Of a stretch of DNA of 64,000 nucleotides, positions 62,701-64,000 are shown piece by piece (positions within the stretch are counted from its first letter, which is position 1; the number at the start of each line of letters is the position of its first letter). The position numbers and the translations under genes were made by a program. The stretch is taken from NCBI RefSeq assembly GCF_018350175.1, contig NC_058368.1, positions 187,118,001-187,182,000 on the forward strand. The letters are read 5' to 3'. Source of the DNA: Felis catus (Eukaryota). Below the pieces are notes generated by a model. The model saw only the letters and a program-made list of their open reading frames with translations. It searched no databases and was not told the origin of the DNA.

Positions 62701-63739
62701 TAGGATAGATGAGACAGTAGATATTTACTCTCTTAATTCATCTACTACCCACCAGATCCTTAGGAGCAGGGATATTGTCTCTCTTATTCACCACTGTTTT
62801 CCCTATGCTGAAGACAGTTCCTAGAACATTTCTTCTGAAAAGCTGTCTATTGTATTGATAGAATGAATTAAAAGAAGGACATTTTATTATCTGGAAAAAA
62901 ACCCCACATGATTTGCATTATAACATACTTCACAATGGATAACTAAATGCTACTGTTATACCACACTATTGTTGAGGACTGTTGATCTAGGGAGCAGGAA
63001 TACTAATACTTCTGCATAACTTACCAGGCTTCTTTCATGATTAAACGTTGTTAGACTGTGAAAGGGCTTTGAAATGTATTAAACAGCATACAAACACAAG
63101 GCATTTCACTGTTAATAGTCAGCTAGGAAATGAATGATCAGCAGAATTGTCTAAATAGGCTTTTAAAGGGGTATGGTAAAAAAAAAATAAAAATAAAACT
63201 TTATAAAGAAAGTTTTGAATGGCAAGAAATGCTTAGGTAGCAAAAGACAATTTTGTAAAATGAGAGGTTTGAGAAGAATAAATCAGCAGTGGATTTTGAT
63301 ACAAAACATTATTTAGAAAGCCTATACATATTTCTGATTAAAAGATATTTTCAAGAGTGACTTTAGCAGAAATAATAAAATGCTAGGCATGAACCTATTT
63401 ACTTAACTCTTCTAGCTAACCAGAATGATAGAGCTCACAACTCTCTCCCACCTCATGCCCTTGGCTGCTTTCAAGGCAGGGCACAAGCACTTCATTTGTA
63501 CGTTCAGTACTTTCATCATTTTAACCCAGGTGCCACCCCCTAGAAAATGACAAGTGGAAAGGAAGCCGGACTCTGTCCACAGACCAAGAGACCAATTCCG
63601 TTAATCGGGTGAATGAGTTAAGGCACAGATAAACTGCTATCATGGAGACCAAGCACAACAGCTTAGAAGAGCAAACCTGTGTATCCCTCACAGTCCAAAA
63701 GTGAGAGAGTGGTCTAGGTCTGAGTCACAGGCTGACCTG

Positions 63740-64000
63740 CGGCTTCTTCATCATATGGCTTCCTAGGAAACTCCTATACTTTTTGCCAGCCACCAGGAAG
63801 GTGCCTGAGAGGAAAAGTCCTGACAAGTAGATTTATCTTTATGAAGATGAGAGATAATTTTCAAATATCACTCCTATTCATGCTCCGTTGGCCCTAACTT
63901 AGTCACATAGTCACACATAACCCCAAGGGTTAGAGCACTGAAATACCCAGTTGGACAGCCGTGTACACAACACTTAGGCCAAGGAAAGGGGGTTATTTCT
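63740..64000 (-). mobile_element. Ancient MaLR LTR fragment (MLT1K/L-like)
   Basis: TTGGCCCTAACTTAGTCACATAGTCACA..TAAC..CAAGGG motif. Confidence 0.5.

Overview
This is AT-rich, repeat-dense, non-coding mammalian DNA from a felid, most likely domestic cat or a close relative. The assignment rests on about 20 tRNA-derived carnivore SINEs, including very young, CpG-intact feline SINEC_Fc-type copies. I find no convincing host exon, RNA gene or CpG island, so the window reads as a large intron or gene desert. The recognisable ORFs in the track come from SINEs, decayed LINE-1, MaLR LTRs or microsatellites; the rest are short with no recognisable homology. Main content: a near-full-length decayed Tigger1 transposon (~19.4-21.7 kb, minus); a near-full-length decayed carnivore LINE-1 (~21.7-28.4 kb, minus) with a tandem ~380-bp repeat array in its 5' UTR; several other L1 fragments; hAT-Charlie/MER DNA transposons; MaLR/ERVL LTRs; MIR and L2 relics; and a solo LTR with a 6-bp TSD (ERVK/betaretrovirus-like, 50439-51764) that carries a forkhead-motif cluster and a nested L1. 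I cannot support a new multi-gene biological system here. The most unusual signals are small: a SINE with a templated fold-back 5' junction, an ultra-short TSD-flanked insertion, two AT-rich palindromes, and several tandem duplications. Repeat family names come from my recall of consensus sequences and need RepeatMasker/Dfam confirmation.
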